64,000 nt of DNA from Gammaproteobacteria bacterium (GTDB taxonomy: Bacteria; Pseudomonadota; Gammaproteobacteria; Magnimaribacterales; AG-339-G14), in the NCBI GenBank assembly GCA_038141925.1, contig JAYQJB010000002.1:291568-355567 (forward strand), in the 5' to 3' direction. The notes under the pieces are model-generated. The model was given only the letters and a program-made list of their open reading frames with translations, was not told where the DNA came from and did not search any database. Both the position numbers and the translations under genes were made by a program. Below are positions 10,457-19,504 of the stretch, piece by piece; within the stretch, counting starts at the first letter, position 1; each line of letters starts with the position of its first letter.

Positions 10457-11098
10457 ATGATAAAAAAATTATTACTTCTATCGTTTTTGGTAAGTTCCTT
10501 TAGCGCTTTTGCAGCTGCTGCTGGAGAAATGTCTGAAGCCAAACCTATGAAAAGAGGGGATGCTGAAAAAGGTTCAAAACTTATTGGTACTTGCGTTGCT
10601 TGTCATGGCGTTGATGGCAATAGTGTTGTGGGCCAGTGGCCAACTTTAGCCGGCCAAAGAGAAAGCTATCTTTTTGAGCAACTTGAGCACATCAGAGATG
10701 AAGAGCGAGTCATCGCAGTTATGAAGGGCCTTTTGAATAATTATTCCGATGATGATTTGAGAGACATGGCAGCTTTTTATGCAAGTCAAAAAACCAAAGT
10801 CGGACAAGCTGATGAGACAAATTTAGAATTAGGCCAACAGATTTATCGAGCTGGAAACCTGGCTTCAGGAGTGCCAGCTTGTACCGGTTGTCATGGGCCT
10901 GCTGGTAAAGGTTTAGAGTCAGCGCAATATCCAATGCTTGGTGGTCAGAAAGCAGAGTACGTAGTCACGAGTTTGATTGCTTATCAAACCGGAGAGAGAG
11001 CTATCGACGAACATGGCAAAATCATGCAAGGAATAGCTTCAAGACTTACCATCGAAGAGATTAGGGCGGTCGCCAATTATGTTTCAGGCCTTTACTAA
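10457..11098 (+). CDS. Dihaem cytochrome c4
   Basis: Signal peptide plus two CxxCH motifs (CVACH, CTGCH) in repeated domains; lies between engB and dsbA as in Pseudomonas. Confidence 0.85.
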   Translation: MIKKLLLLSFLVSSFSAFAAAAGEMSEAKPMKRGDAEKGSKLIGTCVACHGVDGNSVVGQWPTLAGQRESYLFEQLEHIRDEERVIAVMKGLLNNYSDDDLRDMAAFYASQKTKVGQADETNLELGQQIYRAGNLASGVPACTGCHGPAGKGLESAQYPMLGGQKAEYVVTSLIAYQTGERAIDEHGKIMQGIASRLTIEEIRAVANYVSGLY

Positions 11099-11701
11099 AA
11101 AGCTTTTACTAGTTTTCATTTTTTCAGTCAGTTCGGTGTTGATTGCCGAAGACTATCAGCCATGCAAGCACTATCAAGTTTTATCTGAACCCATTGCCAC
11201 CAGAGACTCAAAAAAATCGAAGTCATTGAATTCTTCTGGTTTGGTTGTGGACATTGTTATAGCCTAGAAAATCAACTCAATAGCTGGGAGAAGAAACTTC
11301 CTGCAGATATAGATTTTTGGCGCTCACCTATTACTTGGAATGAAATGGCTAAAACGCATGCCAAATTGTTTTATGCTGCAGAATTTTTCAAAAAACCTGA
11401 AATCATTTCAAATACTTTTGTCTCAATTCACGCTAATCAGCGCATGATGACTTCTGATCGAGAGTTACAACCTTTTTTTGCAAGCTTTGGGATTGCCGAA
11501 GATCAGTACCAATCTTTATTTAACTCTTTTGCTATGCAAAACAAAATCCGTAGAGCCGATACTTTTGGACTCAAATATGAAATCCGCGGAGTACCTGCTT
11601 TTATCGTAAATGGAAAATACAAAGTATCAGCCTCACGACAAGTTGGAACTTCTGAACTTTTGGATGTGGTCGATTACCTTATTAACTTAGAAAGGAAATA
11701 A
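11079..11701 (+). CDS. dsbA: Thiol:disulfide interchange protein DsbA; frameshifted
   Basis: Signal peptide MFQAFTKKLLLVFIFSVSSVLIA; after the A7 run 11210-11216 the shifted frame reads IEVIEFFWFGCGHCYSLE (CGHC active site) and merges with ORF 11345-11701. Confidence 0.8.
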
Positions 11702-11702
11702 C

Positions 11703-12530
11703 ATGAGATATAAATCAAACCTGTTCATTCCAGGTCATACGCTAGACCGTTTGGATCGTGGTCTAAATAGCAATGCAAGCGCTCTAATTATCGATCTTGA
11801 AGATGGTTGTCCAGATGATAAAAAAATCGATGCCCGTGAAGAATTGATTGGTCTTTTAAAAAAAGGCAATGTGTTTACCAAACCTTTATTTGTCAGAGTT
11901 AACGATGCCATGAATGAAAATGGTAGACAAGACATAGATGCTTTGTCGGATTACGAAGATCAGATTGAGGCTATCATTCTTCCTAAAACCCAAAGTTTTG
12001 ACTTCTTAGCAACGCTTGCGCCAATGATTGCTTTTGAAAACAAATTAGTTCCTTTGATTGAGACGCCTAGAGCAGTCGATACCGTTACACAAATAGCAGC
12101 ATTTAAAGGAGTCATTGGTTTGTTCTTTGGAGCTGCTGATTTTTCTGCAGGTATGGGTTCTAAATTAGCATGGGAACCGCTTTTGTATGCTCGGCATAAA
12201 GTAGCTTTGGCCGCAGCTATGTACAACCTTTTTACCATCGATGCACCATTTTTCTATATCGATAATGAAGAAGGGCTTAAAGAAGAGGCTGAAAAAGTGA
12301 AGAACCTTGGTTTTACTGGAAAAGCTGCGATTCATCCTTCGCAAATCGATTTTATAAATGATGCGTTTGAACCTACCAAAGAAGAAAAAGAGGAAGCCAA
12401 AAAAGTCCTTGAGGAATACCAAAAGATGGATGGCGGAGCTGTTAAAATTGATGGCAAAATGGTTGACGAGCCGATTGCAGAAGCGATGCGTTTAAAATTA
12501 TCTTTAGGAGATAAAGAAAAGGAGGACTAG
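11703..12530 (+). CDS. HpcH/HpaI aldolase / citrate lyase beta (CitE)-like acyl-CoA lyase (citramalyl-CoA or malyl-CoA lyase type)
   Basis: LFIPG...IIDLEDG, RVN, LIETPRAV, GAADFSAGMG, KAAIHPSQ and DGKMVDEP motifs typical of CitE-like lyases; starts 1 nt after the dsbA stop. Confidence 0.7.
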   Translation: MRYKSNLFIPGHTLDRLDRGLNSNASALIIDLEDGCPDDKKIDAREELIGLLKKGNVFTKPLFVRVNDAMNENGRQDIDALSDYEDQIEAIILPKTQSFDFLATLAPMIAFENKLVPLIETPRAVDTVTQIAAFKGVIGLFFGAADFSAGMGSKLAWEPLLYARHKVALAAAMYNLFTIDAPFFYIDNEEGLKEEAEKVKNLGFTGKAAIHPSQIDFINDAFEPTKEEKEEAKKVLEEYQKMDGGAVKIDGKMVDEPIAEAMRLKLSLGDKEKED

Positions 12531-12531
12531 C

Positions 12532-13050
12532 ATGTCAAAGTCCAGCAAAGATTTAGGAAATAATAGATTCAGAGAATCCTTTGGTCGTTATTTTGAAGAA
12601 TTCGAAGTAGGTCACATATACGAACACCGTCCCGGTAGAACCATTACCGAGTCGGACAATACCTGGTTTACGCTTTTAACTATGAATACTCATCCGCTGC
12701 ATTTTGATAAGGAGTATGGTAAAGCAACAGAGTTTGGGAAAAACTTAGTAAACAGTACGTTTACCGTATCTGTGATGGTTGGTATGAGCGTGAGTGATAT
12801 TAGTCAAAAAGCCATAGCCAATCTTGGTTGGACTGACATTGTGCTTCCACATCCATTATTTGTCGGCGACACTCTATATGCAGAATCGGAAGTTTTAGAA
12901 ACGCGTCTTTCCGAATCAAGGAAAAATGCTGGCATCGTTACTGTAAAAACAATTGGTAAGAATCAAAATGGGGATGTTGTAGCTTCCTTCAAACGCTCAG
13001 CTTTAGTTCCAACCAAAGGAAATGCTGTAGACGATAAGATCGATTATTAA
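12532..13050 (+). CDS. MaoC-like (R)-specific enoyl-CoA hydratase/dehydratase (hotdog fold)
   Basis: 172-aa ORF with RPGRTITESDNTWFTLLTMNTHPLHFD, resembling small MaoC hydratases found next to CitE-like lyases. Confidence 0.7.
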   Translation: MSKSSKDLGNNRFRESFGRYFEEFEVGHIYEHRPGRTITESDNTWFTLLTMNTHPLHFDKEYGKATEFGKNLVNSTFTVSVMVGMSVSDISQKAIANLGWTDIVLPHPLFVGDTLYAESEVLETRLSESRKNAGIVTVKTIGKNQNGDVVASFKRSALVPTKGNAVDDKIDY

Positions 13051-13051
13051 G

Positions 13052-14206
13052 TTGAAGCAATCTTTAAAAGGCATAAAAGTTCTTGATTTAACCCATATGT
13101 TGGCTGGTCCTTACACGACTATGATTCTGGCTGATTTGGGTGCCGAAGTTGTAAAAATCGAGCAACCAAAGACAGGCGACATTACCAGAAATTTGCTGAA
13201 AGACGATCCAAAGTATTCTTTGGATGGGATCGGTGCATATCATCTAACGTTAGGAAGAAACAAAAAAAGTGTTGAATTGGATCTCAAATCTGAAGATGGC
13301 TTAAAACTTTTCAAAGAGTTGGTCTCAGTTGCAGATGTTGTTGTGGATAATTTCAGTCAAGGTGTTACGAAGCGTTTGGGTATAGATCACCAAAGCTTGA
13401 AAAAAGTTAATCCAAAAATCATTACCTGTTCAATCAGCGGCTTCGGCGATACTGAAGTAAATCGACCCGCCTACGACAATCTCATTCAAGGTTACGCTGG
13501 AGCAATGTCCATCACAGGAACAGATAAAGACAATCCGGTTAAATCCGGCATCCCTATAGCTGACTTAGGAGCTGGACTTTATGCGGTGATCGGTATTTTA
13601 AGCGCTATACAGTCTCGAGAAAAAAATGACTCAGGTGAACATGTGGATATTTCTATGTTGGATACTCAGGTAAGTTTATTAACTTACATGGCTACCATGC
13701 ATTTTCTCTCAGGCGAAAATCCTGAGCCGATTGGAAACCAACACATGAATCATGTACCTTTCAATTCTTACAAAACTTCGGATGGCTTTATCCAAATAGG
13801 AGTGGTTGCTGAAGATTTTTGGCCCAGCCTCATTAAAGCACTTGATTTAAGACAATTGGATACTGAAGAAAATAAATCAAGAATTGGTAGATTAAAAAAT
13901 AGAGAAAATATTGATGAGGCTGTGCAAGAAGTTTTTATTACTAATACCACAGAACATTTGTTGAAAATTTTACAAGAACACCGGGATCCATGTGGACCTA
14001 TTAATACTTTTTCTGAAACTTTTGAAGACGCTGATCTTTTAAAAAGAAACATGATCGTTGAGGTTCTTCAAGATAGCGGTGCGTCTGTAAAAATGCCCGG
14101 TAACCCGGTAAAAATTTCCAATCACGATGAAGAATTTAGACGTTCGCCAAAACTCGGCGAGCATACTTCTGAAATTTTCAAAAGTTGGTTAGATAAAGAT
14201 ATTTAA
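13052..14206 (+). CDS. Family III (CaiB/BaiF) CoA-transferase
   Basis: LKGIKVLDLTHMLAGPYTTMILADLGAEVVKIE N-terminus is diagnostic; TTG start 1 nt after the preceding stop. Confidence 0.8.
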   Translation: MKQSLKGIKVLDLTHMLAGPYTTMILADLGAEVVKIEQPKTGDITRNLLKDDPKYSLDGIGAYHLTLGRNKKSVELDLKSEDGLKLFKELVSVADVVVDNFSQGVTKRLGIDHQSLKKVNPKIITCSISGFGDTEVNRPAYDNLIQGYAGAMSITGTDKDNPVKSGIPIADLGAGLYAVIGILSAIQSREKNDSGEHVDISMLDTQVSLLTYMATMHFLSGENPEPIGNQHMNHVPFNSYKTSDGFIQIGVVAEDFWPSLIKALDLRQLDTEENKSRIGRLKNRENIDEAVQEVFITNTTEHLLKILQEHRDPCGPINTFSETFEDADLLKRNMIVEVLQDSGASVKMPGNPVKISNHDEEFRRSPKLGEHTSEIFKSWLDKDI

Positions 14207-14289
14207 GTTGACCAAGATTAAGACTACCTACTCTTTTCAGGAACAATTTAGAGGATTAAACTAAATTGAATTATTCAGGAGAGAAAAAC

Positions 14290-15342
14290 ATGGATGCGGA
14301 AAAACTCAGTCAATTAACTCAAAAAGTCATTGGTGATGCAGCAGGAGCAGTAGGATTGCTGTTGGCTTACATCGGCGATCAATCAAAAGTCTATACAACA
14401 ATGGACCAATTAGGTCCTTCAACTGTTAAAGAAATTGCAGATAAAGCAGGTCTTGATGAACGTTACTTGAGAGAATTTCTCTCTTCTAATGCAGCTAATG
14501 GGTATGTAACTTATGAATCTGAGGAGGATAAATTTTCTCTTTCGCCAGAGCAAGCAGCTGTCTTTGCGAAAGACGGTGAACCTACTTGTTTGCAAGGTTA
14601 CTTCCAAGCAATTGTTGGTCAATATGCTGAGCACGAAAAAGCCGTAGAAACTTTTCAATCAGGAAAAGGCAGACCATGGGGAGAACATCATCTTTGTTGT
14701 TTTTGTGGTACCGATAGATTTTTTAGGCCTGGGTATGTTGGTAATTTAGTCAGCAATTGGATTCCATCTTTATCTGGAGTTGAAGATCAACTTAAAGCTG
14801 GCGCTAAAGTTGCCGACATTGGTTGTGGACTAGGTTCAACGACAATTATCATGGCTGAGACTTATCCAAATTCAACAATTCATGGCTATGATTTTCACGG
14901 TCCATCCATTGAAGAAGCTAGTGCTAGGGCAAAGGAACTGGGATTAACCAATATTGAGTTTCATGTGTCAGATGCCAGAGATATTCCAGATAACGGCTAT
15001 GACTTTGCTTGTATTTTTGATGCTCTGCATGACATGGGCGATCCTGTAGGCGTTGCCAATCATATTAAAAACGTACTTTCCGATGAAGGAACGTTTATGT
15101 TGGTGGAGCCTGCAGCAGCAGACAATTTGGAAGACAATCTTAATACTTTTGGCGGGCTGGCCTATGGATTTTCAACAATTGTTTGTGTTCCTACCTCCAG
15201 AGCCCAAGACGTAGGTCTGTGTTTGGGAGCCCAAGCCGGACCAAAAAGATTAACGGAGGTCTTAAATTCTGCCGGCTTTAATCATGTTAGAGAATCAGCA
15301 AGAACTGGAACGAATATGGTCTTTGAGGTCAAACAAGCTTAA
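14290..15342 (+). CDS. Class I SAM-dependent methyltransferase with an N-terminal winged-helix-like domain (Rv2258c-like architecture)
   Basis: Motif I VADIGCGLGS; ATG at 14290 follows AGGAG (the ORF track starts at TTG 14266); stop overlaps the hflX ATG (TAATG). Confidence 0.7.
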   Translation: MDAEKLSQLTQKVIGDAAGAVGLLLAYIGDQSKVYTTMDQLGPSTVKEIADKAGLDERYLREFLSSNAANGYVTYESEEDKFSLSPEQAAVFAKDGEPTCLQGYFQAIVGQYAEHEKAVETFQSGKGRPWGEHHLCCFCGTDRFFRPGYVGNLVSNWIPSLSGVEDQLKAGAKVADIGCGLGSTTIIMAETYPNSTIHGYDFHGPSIEEASARAKELGLTNIEFHVSDARDIPDNGYDFACIFDALHDMGDPVGVANHIKNVLSDEGTFMLVEPAAADNLEDNLNTFGGLAYGFSTIVCVPTSRAQDVGLCLGAQAGPKRLTEVLNSAGFNHVRESARTGTNMVFEVKQA

Positions 15343-16664
15343 TGCCCAACGAAAATAGTTTTCTTGAAAAAGCTTTATTGGTTCAAGTAGAGACCACAAA
15401 GGTTCGGCGGATCTTAAATTTTGAAAACTCTTTTGAAGAGTTTAGAGACCTTGCTAGATCGGCTGGAGCCAATGTTTTAGAAGAAATTAAAGGCAAGCAG
15501 GAACTCGCATCGCCTAGATATTTTATTCAAAAAGGTAAGTTGGAAGAGATAAAGCAAGCCGTTCATAAAAATAAAATAGGTCTGGTGATATTCAACCACG
15601 CACTTTCTCCGTCGCAGGAGAGAAATATCGAACGTTATTTAAAGGCCAGAGTATTAGATAGAACTGGTTTGATTCTAGATATTTTTGCAAGACGCGCTTT
15701 TAGTCATATTGGAAAACTTCAAGTTGAACTGGCTCAATTGTCGCACCTGTCTACTAGATTAGTCAGAGGCTGGAGCCATTTGGAAAGACAAAAAGGAGGA
15801 ATCGGCCTTAGAGGTCCTGGGGAAACTCAACTTGAAACAGATCGAAGATTGATTGGTAATAGAATCAAGGCACTCAAAAAGAAACTGACCAAAAGTCATA
15901 ACCAAAAATCCTTAAACCGTTATGCCAGAAAAAAGGGAAAAAATAAAATAGTCGCTTTGGTCGGTTACACCAATGCAGGCAAAACAACATTATTTAATGC
16001 TTTAACCGGTGGAGACGAATATCAAGCGGATCAGTTGTTTGCAACTTTAGATTCGGTTACCAGAAAGAATTTGAGTCCTGGAAGTAGGGCAATTTTATTT
16101 ACTGACACTGTAGGTTTTATTTCTGAAATTCCAACGGAGTTGATTGAATCATTCAAAACCACTTTAGATGATCTTAGATCGGCAGATTTATTAATCCATT
16201 TGGTAGACATCAATGATCCAGAAAAAGATCTGAAACAAAAAGAAGTTTCAAGAATTTTGAAAGATCTGAATGTTGATAAAATTCCACAACTTTTAGTGAA
16301 TAATAAAATTGATTATCTTTCTGAAAAAAAACAACAAGAGTTGGAATTTCAGCATCCTGAAGAACTTTTCATTTCCGCAGAAAAGAATATCGGTATTGAA
16401 CCATTAAAAGAAAAGATATTAGAGAGAATCAGTAATGGCCTTTTCAAGGGCTGGGTATCGATATCCCATCAAGCATCTGCTGCCAGAGCTAAGCTTTACG
16501 AAGAAGGATGTGTTCGCGATGAGGTTATAAAGGATAACGATTGGCATCTAAAATTAAATATTGGAAATGATTTACTAAGTGATTATCTAAATTCATCGCA
16601 ATTGAAAATTTTGCATGATGAGAATCAACAATCGCTAGAAGTTGGTGAGCCAGGCAGGACTTGA
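15342..16664 (+). CDS. hflX: GTPase HflX
   Basis: HflX N-domain followed by GYTNAGKTTLFNALTG, DTVGF and NKID motifs. Confidence 0.85.
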   Translation: MPNENSFLEKALLVQVETTKVRRILNFENSFEEFRDLARSAGANVLEEIKGKQELASPRYFIQKGKLEEIKQAVHKNKIGLVIFNHALSPSQERNIERYLKARVLDRTGLILDIFARRAFSHIGKLQVELAQLSHLSTRLVRGWSHLERQKGGIGLRGPGETQLETDRRLIGNRIKALKKKLTKSHNQKSLNRYARKKGKNKIVALVGYTNAGKTTLFNALTGGDEYQADQLFATLDSVTRKNLSPGSRAILFTDTVGFISEIPTELIESFKTTLDDLRSADLLIHLVDINDPEKDLKQKEVSRILKDLNVDKIPQLLVNNKIDYLSEKKQQELEFQHPEELFISAEKNIGIEPLKEKILERISNGLFKGWVSISHQASAARAKLYEEGCVRDEVIKDNDWHLKLNIGNDLLSDYLNSSQLKILHDENQQSLEVGEPGRT

Positions 16665-16719
16665 ACCTGCGACCTTTTGCTCCGGAAACAAACGTTCTAA
16701 TCCACTGAACTACTGGCTC
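16643..16719 (-). tRNA. tRNA-Arg (anticodon CCG), CCA encoded
   Basis: Hand-folded cloverleaf: acceptor GAGCCAG/CTGGCTC, D stem GTTC/GAAC, anticodon stem TTTGT/GCAAA with loop TTCCGGA, T arm GCAGG-TTCAAGT-CCTGC, discriminator A plus CCA; 77 nt. Confidence 0.9.
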
Positions 16720-16803
16720 AATACTTAAAATATTTTTAAATAAGCTTAAACTTTTCTCCATATCAGAGATAGATTTAATTCTTTAGAGGTCTATAATCGC
16801 GGC

Positions 16804-17247
16804 ATGAAAAAAATCTTCTTAATTGCTGTTGTATCAACAATGACTTTTCTCTTCGCTGCAGACATGCGTGAAGATGCAATTTTAAAAAGAATTCAACACC
16901 TTGGTTCCGTTTGTACTTCTGCTGATTGCGGTCTGAAGACTTCTGGTCCAGGTTGGAAAGTTTCTACCTCGATGTTTGCTGCTCCAGTGCAAGTTGCTGA
17001 TGCCAGCGGTCGAGATGGAAAAACAGTTTATGAAGCTGCTTGCACAACCTGTCATGCTGCTGGAATGGCTGGCGCACCAAAATTTGCTGATGCATCGAGT
17101 TGGGGAGATCGACCTAATAAAGGTCTGGCAACTCTAACCATGAACGTGAAAAATGGTTTAAATGCTATGCCTGCAATGGGTCTGTGTATGGATTGTACTG
17201 ACGCTGAATTGGAAGCTTCTGTGCAGTATATGTTAGACGCTCTCTAA
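16804..17247 (+). CDS. Cytochrome c5-family monohaem cytochrome
   Basis: Signal peptide, CTTCH haem motif, and an additional Cys pair (CMDC) typical of c5. Confidence 0.75.
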   Translation: MKKIFLIAVVSTMTFLFAADMREDAILKRIQHLGSVCTSADCGLKTSGPGWKVSTSMFAAPVQVADASGRDGKTVYEAACTTCHAAGMAGAPKFADASSWGDRPNKGLATLTMNVKNGLNAMPAMGLCMDCTDAELEASVQYMLDAL

Positions 17248-17940
17248 GTCCGCAATTCCCTTTTCTAAGTCATACCAAGAAACTATTTCGTTGGGCTTAA
17301 ATTGCTTTTCCTCAGGCCAGTCGGCATCCAGCAAGTTCAGCCAAATTGCTTTCATACCTAGTTTCAAAGCTGCTTCAACATCATTATCTGGATGATCGCC
17401 CACGTGACATACTTCTTCAGGGCTTAATTGAGTTATTTTCAAAGCTTCTTCAAACATTTTTGCTCCAGGCTTACTGTCGTTCACCATTTCAGCGTTCAAG
17501 TAAAAATCAAACAAGTGATCGATTTTCAAGGTTTCAATGCTGGCATTCCCGTTGGTTAAAACGCCTAGAGTGTATTTTTCTTTCAAAGATTTGAGAACCT
17601 CGAGGGTACCCTCGAAATAAGTGATATCGTGACGTAATTTTAAAAAAATATCGAAAGCGTCTTTTGACGTTGTTTTTGCATCTTCATCGGAAACACCATT
17701 TTCTGTCAATAATGTCTCGATAACTTTCATGCGAAGCTCAGACAAGCGATGTCTTAGAGAATTGTCTTTTGCAATGAGCTTTTGCCACATCTTTTGCTCC
17801 TGTTCTGTGAACAAAACTTTGGACATGTTTGGAAATTTATCGATTATCCAGTTGTTGGATTCTTTGTGTGCATGAATGATGACTTCACGCAGTGGCCAGA
17901 GCGTGTCATCAAGATCAAAAGTTACTGCTTTAATTTTCAT
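17233..17940 (-). CDS. HAD-superfamily phosphatase (YigB-like, downstream of xerC)
   Basis: Motif I FDLDDTLW and motif GDHPDNDV; position after xerC matches E. coli yigB and the Pseudomonas HAD gene. Confidence 0.7.
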   Translation of the reverse strand: MKIKAVTFDLDDTLWPLREVIIHAHKESNNWIIDKFPNMSKVLFTEQEQKMWQKLIAKDNSLRHRLSELRMKVIETLLTENGVSDEDAKTTSKDAFDIFLKLRHDITYFEGTLEVLKSLKEKYTLGVLTNGNASIETLKIDHLFDFYLNAEMVNDSKPGAKMFEEALKITQLSPEEVCHVGDHPDNDVEAALKLGMKAIWLNLLDADWPEEKQFKPNEIVSWYDLEKGIADLESV

Positions 17941-18836
17941 TTTTTATTTTTTGCATGAGGGTGGCTTTTATCGTAAACCTTAGCCAAATGCTGGAAATCC
18001 AATTTAGTGTAGATTTGAGTGGTACTTAGATTAGCATGTCCTAATAATTCTTGAACAGCTCTAAGGTCGCCACTGGATTCTAAAATGTGGGTTGCGAAGG
18101 AATGCCTCAACATATGAGGATGGATGTAAGGCAAGCCTCTATCTTGACTGATTTTTTTAAGTCGAATTTGAACTGTTCTAGGACCCAGTCGATTTCCTTC
18201 TTTATTTACAAAGACCGAAGTTTCGTCTTGGTTAGCAATAGTTGTTCTATGTGTAAACCATTGCTCCAATGCCTCAATCGCTTTAGAGCCAACAGGACAA
18301 AGTCTTTCTTTGTTGCCTTTTCCTAGAACTCTGCACATTTGCTCATCCAGCAAAAGATCTTTTAAGTTCAAGGAGCAAAGTTCAGAAAGTCGTAGTCCAG
18401 AAGAATAAATCAATTCCATCATCGCTTTATCTCGATGTTCTATCCAGCTTTTTGGTTCAAAATTCAAAAGTTTATCAATCATGTCGGTATCGAGTGCTTT
18501 TGGTAAAAGGGCATCTTGCTTAGGTGCGCTGATGCCAACGGTTGGATCGTTGGTAAATTTTCCTTCGGATTTAAGAAATTTAAAAAAACTCCTTAGGGAA
18601 GATAAAATTCTTGCAAGACTTTTCGGACTGAGTCCCTTTCTTCTGTGCAAACCTAAAAAATTTCTTACTAGATTATTGTTAACCTTAGCAATGGTTAAAA
18701 TTTTGTTTTCATTAAGAAAGATCTCGAATTTATTCAAATCATTTCTGTAACTCTTAAGAGTGTGTTCTGAATAGTTGCGATTTTCTTTAAGAAAACTTAA
18801 AAAAGACTCTATTAAGTTGCTAATCTCGGTTTTCAA
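17937..18836 (-). CDS. xerC: Tyrosine recombinase XerC
   Basis: GLRLSE, HMLRHSFATH and LGHANLSTTQIYT catalytic motifs; dapF-DUF484-xerC-HAD synteny. Confidence 0.85.
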   Translation of the reverse strand: MKTEISNLIESFLSFLKENRNYSEHTLKSYRNDLNKFEIFLNENKILTIAKVNNNLVRNFLGLHRRKGLSPKSLARILSSLRSFFKFLKSEGKFTNDPTVGISAPKQDALLPKALDTDMIDKLLNFEPKSWIEHRDKAMMELIYSSGLRLSELCSLNLKDLLLDEQMCRVLGKGNKERLCPVGSKAIEALEQWFTHRTTIANQDETSVFVNKEGNRLGPRTVQIRLKKISQDRGLPYIHPHMLRHSFATHILESSGDLRAVQELLGHANLSTTQIYTKLDFQHLAKVYDKSHPHAKNKK

Positions 18837-19503
18837 TTAATCTATCTATTTGATGGCTCAAAACTTCAACTATAAAACTTAGAAATAATGTATCTTGTTC
18901 TGGAGTATATTTTTCATCTACTGAAGAACCTAAAATTAATACTCCTGCAATCTTATTTGAATGCAGTTTGCCGATAACTGCTTCTTTGATATCGGCTTGA
19001 GCACCAAAAGTTAAGGAGGCAATTTCATTGGAAAGCTTTCCTAAAAAAATATCTACTTCTTTAAAAATCTTAGAGAAAGTCTTAGTAGCTATTTCTGGCT
19101 CAATTATTCTCTTCGCGGATACTTGATACAGTTCTTCTTGTGTAAAGAACAATAATTTACATTTTTCTGTACCAAGCTCATTCATAAAAAAACTTTCTGT
19201 AGCGATCAATAATTTTTCTAAGTCTTCTGCACTCAGAATAATGCTTATCAGTTTTCTTACCTTGGCAAAAAGCAGCTCATTCGCATTAGCATTAAAAATA
19301 AAGTCTTTCAGTTGCGTACTCGTTGCTAAATTCTTCGATTTTATGAATTCAACTTGTTTTTCAATAAAGCTTACCGCTTCACCTGATTCATGTTTTATTT
19401 CTAAATGTTCTATAGCTTCTGGATGATTAATAAAAAAATCAGGATTTTCTTTTAAGAAATTAATTACTTCTTCGGGTTTAAGAGATTTACTAAAAAGTTT
19501 CAT
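18820..19503 (-). CDS. DUF484 (YigA-like) protein
   Basis: 227-aa ORF in the conserved slot between dapF and xerC; N-terminus FLKENPDFF is typical of the family. Confidence 0.6.
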   Translation of the reverse strand: MKLFSKSLKPEEVINFLKENPDFFINHPEAIEHLEIKHESGEAVSFIEKQVEFIKSKNLATSTQLKDFIFNANANELLFAKVRKLISIILSAEDLEKLLIATESFFMNELGTEKCKLLFFTQEELYQVSAKRIIEPEIATKTFSKIFKEVDIFLGKLSNEIASLTFGAQADIKEAVIGKLHSNKIAGVLILGSSVDEKYTPEQDTLFLSFIVEVLSHQIDRLIENRD

Positions 19504-19504
19504 T

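Noticed and set aside
16525-16761. 78-aa ORF on the minus strand spanning the tRNA-Arg gene
   Set aside because: It is fully explained by the tRNA gene and the hflX 3' end, and has no coding features.
16792-16806. Leaderless mRNA for cytochrome c5 (TATAAT at 16792-16797, only 6 nt before the ATG)
   Set aside because: It is a single hexamer in AT-rich DNA, with a poor -35 region. AGAGG at 16785-16789 could act as a long-spaced RBS. It cannot be supported without transcription start site data.
17937-18836. Tyrosine recombinase as a marker of an integrated mobile element
   Set aside because: It sits in the canonical dapF-DUF484-xerC-HAD housekeeping block and has XerC motifs. No att-like repeats, phage genes or transposase genes flank it.
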